Source: Tubiluchus corallicola (taxonomy: Eukaryota; Animalia; Priapulida). From it: 62,675 nt of DNA. A program made the translations under genes and the position numbers. The stretch lies in contig JAQGDQ010001101.1 in NCBI GenBank assembly GCA_030141605.1, forward strand, positions 1-62,675, read 5' to 3'. Of this stretch, positions 1 to 12,700 are shown one piece after another. The notes beneath the pieces were generated by a model that had not been told where the DNA came from, made no database searches, and saw only the letters and a list, made by a program, of their open reading frames with translations. Position 1 is the first letter of the stretch; every line of letters starts with the position of its first letter.

Positions 1-810
1 TTGTCATTGTCATCACTATTCGCTTTATTCTGTTTGTCATTGCCATCGCTATTCACTTTATTCTGTTTGTCATTGTCATTGTCATCGCTATTCACTTTAT
101 TCTGTTTTTGATTGTCATCGTCATTGTCATCACTATTCACTTTATTCTGTTTGTCATTGTCATCGCTATTCACTTTATTCTGTTTTTGATTGTCATTGTC
201 ATTGTCATCACTATTCGCTTTATTCTGTTTGTCATTGCCATCGCTATTCACTTTATTCTGTTTGTCATTGTCATTGTCATCGCTATTCACTTTATTCTGT
301 TTTTGATTGTCATCGTCATTGTCATCACTATTCACTTTATTCTGTTTGTCATTGTCATCGCTATTCACTTTATTCTGTTTTTGATTGTCATTGTCATTGT
401 CATCACTATTCGCTTTATTCTGTTTGTCATTGCCATCGCTATTCACTTTATTCTGTTTGTCATTGTCATTGTCATCGCTATTCACTTTATTCTGTTTTTG
501 ATTGTCATCGTCATTGTCATCACTATTCACTTTATTCTGTTTGTCATTGTCATCGCTATTCACTTTATTCTGTTTTTGATTGTCATTGTCATTGTCATCA
601 CTATTCGCTTTATTCTGTTTGTCATTGCCATCGCTATTCACTTTATTCTGTTTGTCATTGTCATTGTCATCGCTATTCACTTTATTCTGTTTTTGATTGT
701 CATCGTCATTGTCATCACTATTCACTTTATTCTGTTTGTCATTGTCATCGCTATTCACTTTATTCTGTTTTTGATTGTCATTGTCATTGTCATCACTATT
801 TGCTTTATTC
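1..810. repeat. Higher-order tandem repeat, 195-bp period (~4.1 copies visible, cut by window start), built from ~33-45 bp subunits
   Basis: ttgtcattgtcatcactatt recurs at 1, 196, 391, 586 and 781; subunits are (ATTGTC/ATCGTC)n + ctattcactttattctgttt. Confidence 0.9.
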
Positions 811-984
811 AAATTGTTCAATTTTTGTCATTGTCGTCGCTATTTCGTCGAGCAAGTATACGTACAGGCCAATATTATTATATTAATTAACAATAAGCAG
901 GCCATTATTTTCGTTTATTTGCTGGCTGTAATTCGGTAACAACAAAAAAGTCCCAAAGGTACAAACTTTAGTTTTCATAACGAA

Positions 985-1070
985 TAATGGTGATGGTGAT
1001 GAGGATGATGATGATGACGATGATGATGATGACGACGACGACGATTATGATGATGATGACGATGTTGATA

Positions 1071-1161
<91 letters not shown>

Positions 1162-1180
1162 CGATGATGACGATGATGAC

Positions 1181-1221
<41 letters not shown>

Positions 1222-1232
1222 CGATTATGACG
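985..1232. repeat. (ATG/ACG)n microsatellite
   Basis: Direct reading; source of poly-M/H/I pseudo-ORFs. Confidence 0.95.
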
Positions 1233-2711
1233 ATAACAACAGCGCCTGTGCATAACATTGATGAACCTTGGGAATGCAATAAAATAATTTTAGTGTTAGA
1301 TAAAACTACTTTGAGTAATGTTAGCCTTTTACTGTGAAGTACTAAATACAAAGGTTTCCTAAGAATTGCTTTCACCTGCCAAGAAGTACTTGTACAGCAA
1401 AGTCCACTTAGATAAGGCTGTTTTATAGTGGGTTGAAACTCAACTCTTTGTGGACGTGCCTGTTTTGATACTTGTGTTGTATAATAATTACACGAATTTA
1501 GATCTATACATGCTTAGTGTTGTTTACGGCCTGCGCACAATTGTTTTATAATTGCATAATTTGTGTCATGAACTACAGATTTTCATCCTCCATTGCTCGA
1601 GTTGATCCGCTGCAGGCGTGTTTTAGTTTTAAAATTATAAGCTGCTGCCATCTACCGCTCGTAGAAGCAAATACCTTTCGCTTATTGTATTCCGGACTCG
1701 CACTGCTGTTAAAAACAGGTTCTTCAACGCATTTATTTTAAGAAATTTTGCATTTTTATGTAAAGTTGTAAACACGAACGCTGGCAAATGGTAATTTTTG
1801 ATCGTTTTTTTCAACTGTTAGCTGCGATACTGAATGGCTAGGCATAGTTGGTAATCCATTTACCCGAAATACTCATTCTGTTTTCTCTCACCCTCCTGCT
1901 GTAGGTGGAGGGCGAGAGTTGAATCGGTTTGTGTGATAAATGATGTAAGATGTAAATTTTTTACCATAATTACACAATTTTATCGTACTAATCAAGTTTT
2001 AATCTTTTTATCGGCACTTTTATGCGCCTACTTGTGTGTTTATATTGTACTAACCATATACTATGTATTTTCTACTTTTAGCAGTAATTTTACTTTCTGT
2101 ACATTGTCGATATGTTTTACGATGTTTTTAATGGACATATAAGTCTCTTGACTTCAGTTCAAAGATGTATTATAAATGAAAAAATAAAATAAAATAAAAA
2201 ATTTCGTCCTTGAAATTTCTTTACAAATGCACTTTAAATGTCGCAGTTTATTTACGTTTTGCGACAACAGATAGCGCTGAAAGATCATAAGCTGAGCTGG
2301 GTAAGCGAAATTATTGCTCTCGAAAGTAGCAGTTATCATGAAATTCAATCATAACGAGTGGGAATAATGAATTTTACGATGTGATTTGATTAAACTTTGT
2401 TTTATGAACCATGAACAATGAACTGGCGAAGGGTCATCAGTTTATAAGCCGGACCTTTGGAAGTGACGCATCACCAATTGGCAATTGGACAACCAGCCTT
2501 ATGAAATCCAAGCGTTTCTAAGTCGATACGTGTGCGTGTTGCTATCGATAATGGTCACTGCTTAGCTTAGATCACTAGCTTAGATCAGCAATGCAATTAT
2601 TTCACGAATTATTTTTGCTGATCTAATAAAGTATCAATTTATAGTTGTTGGGCCTAGTTTTTCTTAGAATAAATCTTTAAATTGAAAGGATTGTTTTACA
2701 TGTATTTTTGC

Positions 2712-3145
2712 AGTCAGTCAGTCAGTCAGTCAGTCAGTCAGTCAGTCAGTCAGTCAGTCAGTCAGTCAGTCAGTCAGTCAGTCAGTCAGTCAGCCAATCA
2801 CTCAGTCAGTGTTGATATTGCAATAATTTTACTGGCATTACAACAAAATCACCGTAACAAATACGCAAAAGACCTAAAATTCAGACAATTACAAAATGAT
2901 AAGTCTACATCTTTGTTTATTAGCTCAGTCGTAGGTAAATAACCTGTAAACATCTCCAGACCGCATCTTTTCCATGTACCAAGTCCAAATTGTCTCTTCT
3001 TAAGCCAGCCAATGAGTATCGAAGTTCCGACTTACAGTGTGTCCATGACGTCAAAAACTTAACAAGCTCGAGTTAACGGTGGGACTCATTTTAACTAAAT
3101 ACTTATATTTTCACATAATTTTCGTTCAGTGTGTGGTTATCTAAC
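2712..3145 (-). repeat. Dispersed repeat attached to an (AGTC)n tract; second copy at ~31445-32306
   Basis: actcagtcagtgtt...ttttactggcattacaacaaaa...catctccagaccgcatc...gttcagtgtgtg follows (AGTC)n at both loci in the same orientation; strand is inferred by treating the microsatellite as a 3' tail. Confidence 0.75.
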
Positions 3146-3549
3146 ACTTTTGATATTACTGCAGCAATATTTACAGCTATTTTAATTACCAACAATTGTT
3201 TTTCACTAAAGAAATTAGAATTTGCCATGAAAATCCAACTGGCTGGCTCATTTGAGAAAAAAACACAAATGGTGGTTTAAAACTGAGGTTATTCAACCTG
3301 CCCAAGTCAGTTTCCGTTTTTGATGCTGAAATGCGAAGCCTTTGCTACGTATTTTTGCAGCGGTAACGTTATCAAAGAAAATTTCTATTTGCACTTCATT
3401 GTGCCTCCGTAGCTAGTTAATTAACGTTTCTAGTTAACAAATGCAAATTAAAATGAAAAATTTCTCCCGCCCCCCAGAAAAATAAAGCAATTAAACAAAT
3501 ATATATAAATGGCGATACAGTATATTGAAAAAAATGACTCAGTGATGCA

Positions 3550-4060
3550 CTTTCTACGTACCTTAGTTAAACAAGCCCAACGTACACTCAAGGTCAAGGT
3601 ACATTCAAGGTACCTTAGGTACGTACCTTTCTACGTACCTTAGTTGAACAAGTCCAACGTACCCTCTAGGTCAAGGTACATTCAAGGTACCTTAGGTACG
3701 TACCTTTCTACGTACCTTAGTTGAACAAGTCCAACGTACACTCAAGGTCAAGGTACATTCATGTTACCTTAGGTACGTACCTTTCTACGTGCCTTAGTTA
3801 AACAAGTCCAACGTACACTCAAGGTCAAGGTACATTCAAAGTACCTTAGGTACGTACCTTTCTACGTACCTTAGTTAAACAAGCCCAACGTACACTCAAG
3901 GTCAAGGTACATTCAAAGTACCTTAGGTACGTACCTTTCTACGTACCTTAGTTAAACAAGTCCAACGTACACTCAATGTCAAGGTACACTCAAGGTCAAG
4001 GTACATTCAAAGTACCTTAGTTACGTACCTTAGTGAAACAAGTCCAACATACACTCAAGG
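3550..4060. repeat. 77-bp minisatellite, ~6.5 copies
   Basis: ctttctacgtaccttagtt recurs at 3550, 3627, 3704, 3781, 3858 and 3935. Confidence 0.92.
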
Positions 4061-4233
4061 CCATAAGAAGCGAGTGGGAAAATTGGATTTATGTACTGAT
4101 TTACATCTAGGATGTCCAGAGAAATCCTATGAGTTAGCAAGTTATAGGCCTGCCATACGGCGCCAAAGTTTTTATTTTCACGTTATACATGTTGAACGTA
4201 TTATTTTAATTTTTTCGGTGAATCACCAGCACT

Positions 4234-4478
4234 GGAGAGAGAAAGACAGAGAGAGAAAGAGAGAAAGAAAGAGAGAGAGAGGAAGAAAGAGAGATCAGAG
4301 AGAAAGAGAGAGGGGGAAAAAGAGATGAGAGAGAAAGAGAGAGGGAGAGAAAGAAAGAGAGAGGGAGAAAGAAAGAGAGAGGGAGGAAGAGAGAGAGATG
4401 AGAGAGAGATGAGAGAGAAAGGGAGAGAAAGAGAGAGGGAGAGAAAGAAAGAGAGAGGGAGGAAGAAAGAGAGATCAG

Positions 4479-4568
<90 letters not shown>
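4234..4568. repeat. (AG)n-rich microsatellite
   Basis: Direct reading. Confidence 0.95.
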
Positions 4569-4573
<5 letters not shown>

Positions 4574-5357
4574 CCCTTCTTAGCAACTTAGTCGAAATTA
4601 AAATCGCTGTAGTGAAACCCATTAAATAATGAGGCATGTGGGGTTATAAAACTCTATTAATTAATAATAGAGGGAAGACGCCCGTGGACTCGCAAAGATC
4701 TAGCTGGAACGCGTCGTCGCCGTCGCAACTGCGCATGCGCAACCAGCAGATGAACTCTTTGAAAATCACATCACACGAGCAAATGGCGAGTAATTTTGTT
4801 CTGATGATCTTTGTTTGGCCAATCAATTTTGAGCAAACGAAGCAGCAACAAGACACAGGTCAGTATGTCCACTATTTGGCAGCCTCCCTAGTTATACAAG
4901 ACGCTAAAACATATTATTACGAGCTCAATGGTTTATTCTTATAGTACAATTATACAATTACTGTATAAACGCATAACAACAACATAAAATCAAACTTCTT
5001 AGTAACATAATTAGATATGACAGCAACAATAATTGCTTATTATATTTTCGCTACAATATTATTTACATTAAAGTTGAAAACTTTGATTTTAAATCCTGAA
5101 AGGTTCTCAGCATCAGCGGAACTCAAATGAAGCAGATTAATTTCCAACATATCACCGCTATGTATTGAACAAAGCCTGAGTTTTATTTTTAAAAATATGT
5201 ATTTTAAAAAACTTATAATTTTATAATTTTGAAAGTGGAAAAAATCGTTGCATGCCTAAGATGAAATCTGAGAATTGATTCACATAAGTTTCGGATTTTA
5301 CGCGTTTAAGTATTATGATTACTGCAACCCTTTAGAAAGAAGAGTTTGTTGTATTTC

Positions 5358-6052
5358 TTTAAGGTTGAAGGTAATGCATATTGCTTAATTTAAACTTCGA
5401 CAATTACTATCACCTGTGCGGCTATACTGTCCGAATTTTTTTAAGGTTGAAGGTAATGCATATTGCTTAATTTAAGCTGTGACAATTACTAGCGCCTGTG
5501 CGGCTATACTCTCCGAATTTTTTTAAGGTTGAAGGTAATGCATATTGCTTAATTTAAGCTGTCACAATTACTATCACCTGTGCGGCTATACTCTCCGAAT
5601 TTTTTTAAGGTTGAAGGTAATGCATATTGCTTAATTTAAGCTGTGACAATTACTATCACCTGTGCGGCTATACTCTCCGATTTTTTTAAGGTTGAAGGTA
5701 ATGCATATTGCCTAATTTACGATCTGACAATTACTATCACCTGTGCGGCTATACTTTCCGATTTTTTGAAGGTTGAAGGTAATGCATATTGCTTAATTTA
5801 AGTTGTGACAATTACTATCGCCTGTGCGGCTATACTCTCCGAATTTTTTTAAGGTTGAAGGTAATGCATATTGCTTCATTTAAGATCTGACAATTACTAT
5901 CACCTGTGCGGCTATACTATCCGAATTTGTTTAAAGTTGAAGGTAATGCATATTGCTTAATTTAAGATCTGACAATTACTATCACCTGTGCGGCTATACT
6001 CTCCGAATTTTTTACGGTTGAAGGTAATGCATATTGCTTAATTTAAGATCTG
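5358..6052. repeat. 82-bp minisatellite, ~8.5 copies
   Basis: aaggttgaaggtaatgcatattgc recurs at 5361, 5443, 5525, 5607 and onward. Confidence 0.92.
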
Positions 6053-6387
6053 AAATATGAATAGGCCTAATTTCCGAACAGTTTGTCGTCTAGCTAGGTA
6101 TAAAGTACCTTATTTACATTTTAATAATGGGGTAACAACAATATTGTAACTTTTTATTTTAAGTGCTGAACTTTAGCTGTACAAAGTGAATATAGTGTAC
6201 GGCAATACAAGTTTCGTTTAAAACTAGGACTCCATGTGCGCGTAATGCGTAATGCGTGATCCGTAATACACGATGCGTACTGACTTTTCTAAACGCTCTG
6301 CGTGTTAGCAAAGCCCATGCCGCTCTTTACGAAAAATTTTGGTCGCTATTCGTGAAAACTGCAAACAATAATTTTTAGTTTAAACAT

Positions 6388-6581
6388 CGCCTTCGGGGCT
6401 CCACTCCTGATTTGGAAGGATTACTCCTCTACACATGGCCGTTGGGTCACTTGACCTCCTCCTCTAACCGTTTTCTGCTTGTGCAGCTCCTCCGCCTAGT
6501 GTCGAGATACAGCGTGGGCATCCCGCAAGCCTACAGCACCTGGTATTCCTAGGCGGTCACCCATCCAGGTACTAACCAGGC
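6388..6581 (-). mobile_element. 5S rRNA-derived SINE (SINE3) fragment, copy A
   Basis: Reverse complement reads agcctggttagtacctggatgggtgaccgcctaggaataccaggtgctgtaggctt (5S 3' half) followed by the family body. Confidence 0.85.
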
Positions 6582-6593
6582 TCCCTTGCAACT

Positions 6594-7230
6594 ACACTGA
6601 AATTATATTGTGCATTGGACAGACCATATGGCACTGCTACTGTGATTCTATCAAGCTGGACTAAAGGAATGAAGAATGAAGGATGAATCTTTGCACAAAT
6701 CATTATGCCAATTGTTGTAACAAGAGTGTGATTTAGTTTCTTATTTTACTGCTCAATTATGATTGTTAGCTTAAACATAATTTATTTAGGATTGGATCAG
6801 ACAGTTTGAACAACATGATTTAGGATCCTCACCATAACAGACTTTATACTCTATTTACAAGAACATTTACAGTAAGAATAGACTGAAACTACACAAGCTG
6901 ACAAGTTTTACTACAAGATTATATTAGACATTAGTAACATTTACAGTAAGAATAGACTATAACTGCACAAGCTGACAAGTTTTACTACAAGATTACATTA
7001 GACATTAGTAGAAAATGACGGTTAGAAAATATTAATGTACGAATATTTAAGACTGATGCATTTCATATCAGATAGAAACTACTGGAAGCGTTTAGTACAT
7101 AATATAAAGTCATGTATACATTGCAATATTTTACAGTTAGCAACATAGTTAAATTCATCTTTTCCGAATAATAAAAACTTCACCAGATCATTATTTCCTA
7201 AGGCCATATTAAGGTTTTCGGGCAGAAGCA
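6594..7230 (-). mobile_element. Non-LTR retrotransposon 3' remnant (paralogue of 15552-17230), containing 2 copies of the 74-bp unit
   Basis: Closely similar to 15552-15813 plus 16926-17230. Confidence 0.75.
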
Positions 7231-7679
7231 ATAATTTTTGGAAACCATGTCTCTGTTATAATTTAAGCGTGATAACTACAGCTGCTGGATTAGCTTATTA
7301 TTGGACTATTAGACGAAGGTTTTGGGTGCACAAGATTTTGCAGGGGAGAGAATAATGCGACACGTATCGTTCATTAGCGATACTGCAGTTACATGCTTCT
7401 TCCATCTCTTAAAAACTCAAACAGAAAAAAATATTATTGTTTACAGGTCCTAAAGTGACCAAAACTCACCTAACTAGAATTTTCAGAAAGCTAAACAGCG
7501 AAAATGGTCACCGGAAACTTGAAAACTGGCTATAATCACCTAAGCAACGGCGGTTTCCGGTACGCGTGTTGCTGCGTGATGCGTATTACATTCTGACGAC
7601 AGCAACCACGTTCGAATGAATACGGATCATGCATAGTGCATTACGGATAACGCATTACGTACACACGGACACACTTCTA

Positions 7680-8243
7680 CATGTTTAACTGCAACTTGTT
7701 GTATGCGCATTACGAATCACGCATCACGTATTACGCATTACGTACGCATGCAGTTTAACTGCAAATTGTTGTATGCGCATTACGAATCTCGCATCGCGTA
7801 TCACGCATTACGTACGCAAGCAGTTTAACTGCAAACTGTTGTATGCGCATTGCGAATCACGCATCACGTATCACGCATTACGTACGCATGCAGTTTAACT
7901 GCAAATTGTTGTATGCGCATTACGAATCACGCATCGCGTATCACACATCGCGTATCACGCATTACGTACGCATGCAGTTTAACTGCAAATTGTTGTATGC
8001 GCATTACGAGTCACACATCACGCATTACGTACGCATGCAGTTTAACTGCAAATTGTTGTATGCGCATTACGAATCACGCATCGCGTATCACGCATTCCGT
8101 ACGCATGCAGTTTAACTGCAAATTATTGTATGCGCATTGCGAATCACGCATCGCGTATCACGCATTCCGTACGCATGCAGTTTAACTGCAAATTGATGTA
8201 CGCGCATTACGAATCACGCATCACGCATTACGTACGCATGCAG
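7680..8243. repeat. 70-bp minisatellite, ~8 copies
   Basis: cagtttaactgcaaa(t/c)tgttgtatgcgcat recurs at 7751, 7821, 7891 and onward, with some length variants. Confidence 0.92.
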
Positions 8244-9834
8244 CACACAAGTATTTTAGTACCATATGTACCATAAATACTTTTAGTACCATATCTAAGA
8301 AATGGTTTTTTCAAGATGAATGTTCGTTACTTCAAATGCTGTAGTGACAATTGTGTAGCAAAAATGTACGCATGACACTTGCCAACATGGAAATAAATCA
8401 TCATAGACACCTAGCAAGTGTCATTCTCTGATAACCAGGACACATTCTAACCCCTAATAGACCGTTATCATCACATTATGCAAAAACTGTTTTTTAAAAT
8501 TACGTTACGCCAAAGCTGTGATAAATGTGCAATGAGCATGAAGAAATTTCTTAGCTTCAAGCGTTTCTCAATAACTCATAAAACTATTAAGGTATAAAAC
8601 AATGAAGGTATAAAACAATGAAGGTATAGTTTTTGATATTCAGTCGCAAGTTGTGTAACATTGACAAAACCAGCACCGAAAATATAAATTTTTGTGTTTT
8701 CAATTTAGGCTCCGGGTTTTTTTTGCGCCAGCCAACACTGCAGGTCTTAATCCTTTCGTAATACGAGCAGAAACGTAATTAACTAATCAGATTTGTAGAC
8801 AAAGTTTTTCAATACTCCTTGTGGATCTTTGTCCATGATCTTTGTCCAGTGACCAACCTTAAACAACTAGAAATGACTCTACCGAGAATGAATCCAAAAT
8901 ACCATAATGACAAAAACATTCACTGCCAGCATTAAAAACAAAACTGCAAAGATATCAGGCACAAGAAGAAAAAGAATGCATTCTCTGGAAGAAAAACTCA
9001 CAACAGCAGTAGAGACGATATAAAAATTCTAATCATAATATAACAACTTCCCCTGCACGTGTCTTCATCAAATGTAAAAACCCCGATGTATAATGTAGAA
9101 TATAAAAGCTGATTATGACACACAACATTCATCATTCACTGTTGTATGTCATAATCAAGTTTTATACCCTAAATAACACACTACAGTTTTCCAAAAATGT
9201 CTACATCTAAGAATGACTCCTGTAGGGGGGGGGGGAGTCAAAATATCATGACTGAAATTTTTTAAATTATCTCTATATTTTTGCTCAGGTAAAACAGTTT
9301 TATAGAAAATGTATTCTAAATATAAATGAAACAGTTTATCCTGCTATATAATTTGTGGAAAATAAAAGGCCACAAAGTGTTGCCTTTAATATTTTTGATT
9401 AATTGCAAATTGCTTCTGTATAAGAAAATATCAACAAAGTTATTTAAAGACTATTCCGACTTGGCGCAAGGAAACTATAGCATCGTACAATGCTTTTTGC
9501 ATAGCGACGTAGAAAAATTTATGACGCGTTTGGCTTTTATTAATTTTTAAAAAACCTGGTCCATAAATCGCGTATCTCGCTGTACCAACTTGTCAGATGT
9601 TCGTTGTATATTGTGTTCCCAATGCGTCTGCATTTACAAGAAGTCAGCATAGATTTCTTAACCATTGGCCATTGGCTTGTCCATTTCAGCCCTTGGCACG
9701 ACAAGCGCTGATTAATTCACATGCGTTGAATCTGTATGAATAGCAGTATGAGTTCCACTACCTCTCCGTTACAATAAGAACAATTTTCTTTCTGCTAAAG
9801 AGCAGTTCGGTGTAATTATTTTACGAACATTCTC

Positions 9835-9923
9835 CTATGACCCTGCAAACAGGATGACCACAACACACAGACAGATGCGTGCTATGAGTGTCAATCTATT
9901 CGTGAACGGTCTGCTGCTTGAAC
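9835..9923 (-). CDS. Terminal coding exon of the DIP/lachesin-like gene; GPI-anchor signal
   Basis: Acceptor tttatttccag; phase 1; translates (G/S)SSSRPFTNRLTLIARICLCVVVILFAGS-stop, i.e. small omega-site residues, polar spacer and hydrophobic tail. Confidence 0.7.
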
Positions 9924-9991
9924 CTGGAAATAAATGAAATGAGTCTCGTTAGAACAATTTTACGTACTTTTGCGTACACCTACACATGATT

Positions 9992-10435
9992 TTGCGGGAT
10001 GCCCACACTGCATCTCGACACTAGGCGGAGGAGCTGCACAAGCAGACAACGGCTAGAGGGCGGAGGAGGTCAAGTGACCCAACGGCCATGTGTAGAGGAG
10101 TAAACCTTCCAAATTAGGAGTGGAGCCCTGAAGGCGGACCAGTGCAGCATCCTCACTGACTCCGGCAGCTCCAGCAGCCAAAAAAGTGCCAAACGTATCG
10201 CTTTGCTTTCCTTTGGACTACACCAGGGAGGAAGAGAGGGGGTTCCTGTTGTCTAGGCAACTCAGGATCTCCATACACCTTGCCTAGGCGTGCGCCCTGG
10301 AGAGGCCACTCCAGTGGTTCAAGGATCGCACTGCTCAGCCACAGTCGACGCTGCAGCTTCATCAATGTGATCAATAACTGACTCTCTTGGGGCACATTCC
10401 ATTGTCTTCCGAGACAGAAGGATGCCAACAACAAC
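9992..10435 (+). mobile_element. SINE3 copy B, 5'-truncated at the 5S/body junction, with (AAC)n tail
   Basis: Reverse complement of the bodies of copies C-E; ends tgtcttccgagacagaaggatgccaacaacaac. Confidence 0.85.
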
Positions 10436-11141
10436 GTATGATTACGTTGAAAGCACACGTGATAATATGAGAAACACAAGTATGCTTTGCTATTATGATA
10501 ATTCGTAAAGTTATACTTTGCAGCCTGTAGGGATTACTTGATATGGAAGGTTGTGGCACATTCTTATGCACATTTTTACATATTCTTACATCGCCAAGGT
10601 CATTCTAGAAGATCCTACTAATCCAAGATAACCACATTCGAATTTGGATACGTTACTGAACAATGAGTAAAATAATAGTAGTCGGCACGAAACAAAAATC
10701 TCAGAACGAGTATTGAACCCGGTGGTCACTCATCCAACTCGAAGTTGCTTAACTTTGGTGGATTGGCCGCTAGCTGAACATTAAATAAAATCCTTCTTGG
10801 AAGCACTAATTTCAAGTAAACGTACGTCAACAAATATCAGTTCCAACTCTTCAAACACATCTAAACTTAAAAAAATTTAAAATATAGTTTGCACTTATAG
10901 TGTTAACACTTGTATTAAAACTTATATTAAATTATATTTAACACCTATACTAATGCGTTAAAACTTATAGCAGAATCTACAGTAGCAGAACCACTAAAAT
11001 ATACTGAAATTATCCCCGTACATAAATAAGTCGACTACCCCAAAACACTTCTAGTCCACCGAGCTGTTACTGATTGCAAAATGCATGCATAGTTGTAACA
11101 ACAATTTAGAAAAAAATATTCGTTGCAAAATACAAGACGCG

Positions 11142-11301
11142 CTACGGTGGCTTGTTAGAGATGCAGTAAAAAATGGTTTCTTGAAATTACGACTTAATAA
11201 CTAAAAAATACTAAAAAGTATCTCGAAATTTCAATTAGTAAGTCGAAATTTTCAGTCAATAAATTTATTTTTTTACTATGTCCCTAAGAAGCCACCCGTA
11301 G
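11142..11301. mobile_element. Small MITE (~160 bp) with ~32-bp imperfect TIRs
   Basis: ctacggtggcttgttagagatgcagtaaaaaa versus the reverse-complemented right end ctacgggtggcttcttagggacatagtaaaaaa. Confidence 0.65.
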
Positions 11302-11518
11302 GGCAGTTGTATTCAACAAAACGTAGAAAAATGCGGCAAGGAACATTGCAGTGTGGAGAATATAAGATTCAAATTATTATTATTATTATTATTATTATTA
11401 TTTATTTTGAGCATATAAATACATACATATATACATGCGCCCTCTATATGCAGGGCTATAATAGTTAACAGTATTTATATTTCATATTTAACACCTTACA
11501 ATAGTTATAATAGTATTG

Positions 11519-11519
<1 letters not shown>

Positions 11520-11587
<68 letters not shown>

Positions 11588-11602
11588 CACTATCACTATT
11601 AC

Positions 11603-11635
<33 letters not shown>

Positions 11636-11700
11636 CATCGTCGTCATCATCATCATCATCATTATTATTATTATTGTTGTTATTATTATTATCATTATTA
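11520..11700. repeat. (TAT/CAT)n microsatellite
   Basis: Direct reading. Confidence 0.95.
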
Positions 11701-12169
11701 CCTTCCTAACTGATATTGATAAATAAAATTATAATTAATTAATCCCGTTTGGTTAGTGAGAAAATAAAATTACGTAACAAAATATTAGCAAAGTTAATCA
11801 AAATCAAATTATCACGACAAGTTGACATCTTGCTGCTGTAAAACGCGCAGAAAGTTTCCACGTTTAATGCGTCGTACGAATTTACACTAAAACAACAGAT
11901 GATGTGGGGTTTGCCTACCGCCCCCCTCCCCCTCCCCCCTCTAAACACTGGCACATAGATTCAAAGAAAGGCAGGAGCAATTAAAAACGGCCCTACTGAA
12001 AAAAACGTGGTCTTAATTGGTTATAACAACCTAATTTACACCTTTTCAAGCACGTATCATATTGTATTTAGAATACTCGAGTATGAATAGTGTGCTTTAA
12101 CCTAACCTTTCTTAACCTCTGGTTTATATATATATTAATTCTTTATTTGTCTTTAAAATGGTTCACTCA

Positions 12170-12700
12170 TTATAATAAAATTGAGTAATCCACAGCGTAA
12201 TGTTAAAATAACAACACTGTTCAAGACAAATGCGTCCAGTGCAGACTAAAAAAAACTAAAGTGCAAAACTAAGGTCTAATTATGTACAATAAATGAACAT
12301 ATTTACAAACACCATATTAAGATATTTTTACAAAACAATATTACAAAAATACATTAAATTTTACATGACATATTTTACATTACATATACATTTAATATGG
12401 CACAATTAACAGAAACATGCTTTACATTACATAAATTTCACTCATTACGTTTACACTATTTATACATTTGACATTACAAAACTAACATAACACGTATTAC
12501 ATTACGTAATTTTTTTTAAACAATTTTACATTTTTAATCGTTTTATGGAGTCAGGGGCGGGGGTAGATGAAAGTTGAGTCTGTGTAATTAGTATCAGATG
12601 CACAATGTGGAAATTGAAACCTGTTATATTGATATTCTTTTAATTTCTTTTTAAAGTGGTGGAGAGATTCTATTAGTTTTATTTCACTGGGTAGTAAGTT
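12170..12700 (-). mobile_element. CR1/L2-like LINE 3' remnant
   Basis: Minus strand translates NLLPSEIKLIESLHHFKKKLKEY, matching the WN.LP..IK...S...FK..LK ORF2 C-terminal motif. Confidence 0.5.

Larger units (their letters stand above)
6222..8245. mobile_element. Degenerate, interrupted copy of the MITE at 29283-29581
   Basis: Left end gactccatgtgcgcgtaatgcgtaatgcgt matches the 29.3 kb TIR; 7530-7670 resembles that MITE's interior; right end expanded into a 70-bp array. Confidence 0.55.

Noticed and set aside
108-890. 260-aa hydrophobic ORF
   Set aside because: Translation of the 195-bp tandem repeat; TTG start, no domain and no splice context
968-1375. Poly-I/H/M ORFs, and similar ORFs at 4.2, 11.5, 17.9, 30, 39.4, 41.5, 42.7, 45.2, 48.5 and 55.2 kb
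   Set aside because: Microsatellite translations, open in several frames on both strands
4660-4830. CpG-rich patch with a tgcgcatgcgca palindrome as a promoter
   Set aside because: No associated exon or gene start found; similar motifs are common inside DNA transposon remnants
10153-10479. Recurrent ORF MELQRRL...QQEPPLFLPGVVQRKA at 10.2, 15.1, 33.8 and 36.7 kb
   Set aside because: Antisense translation of the SINE3 body; frame broken by indels between copies
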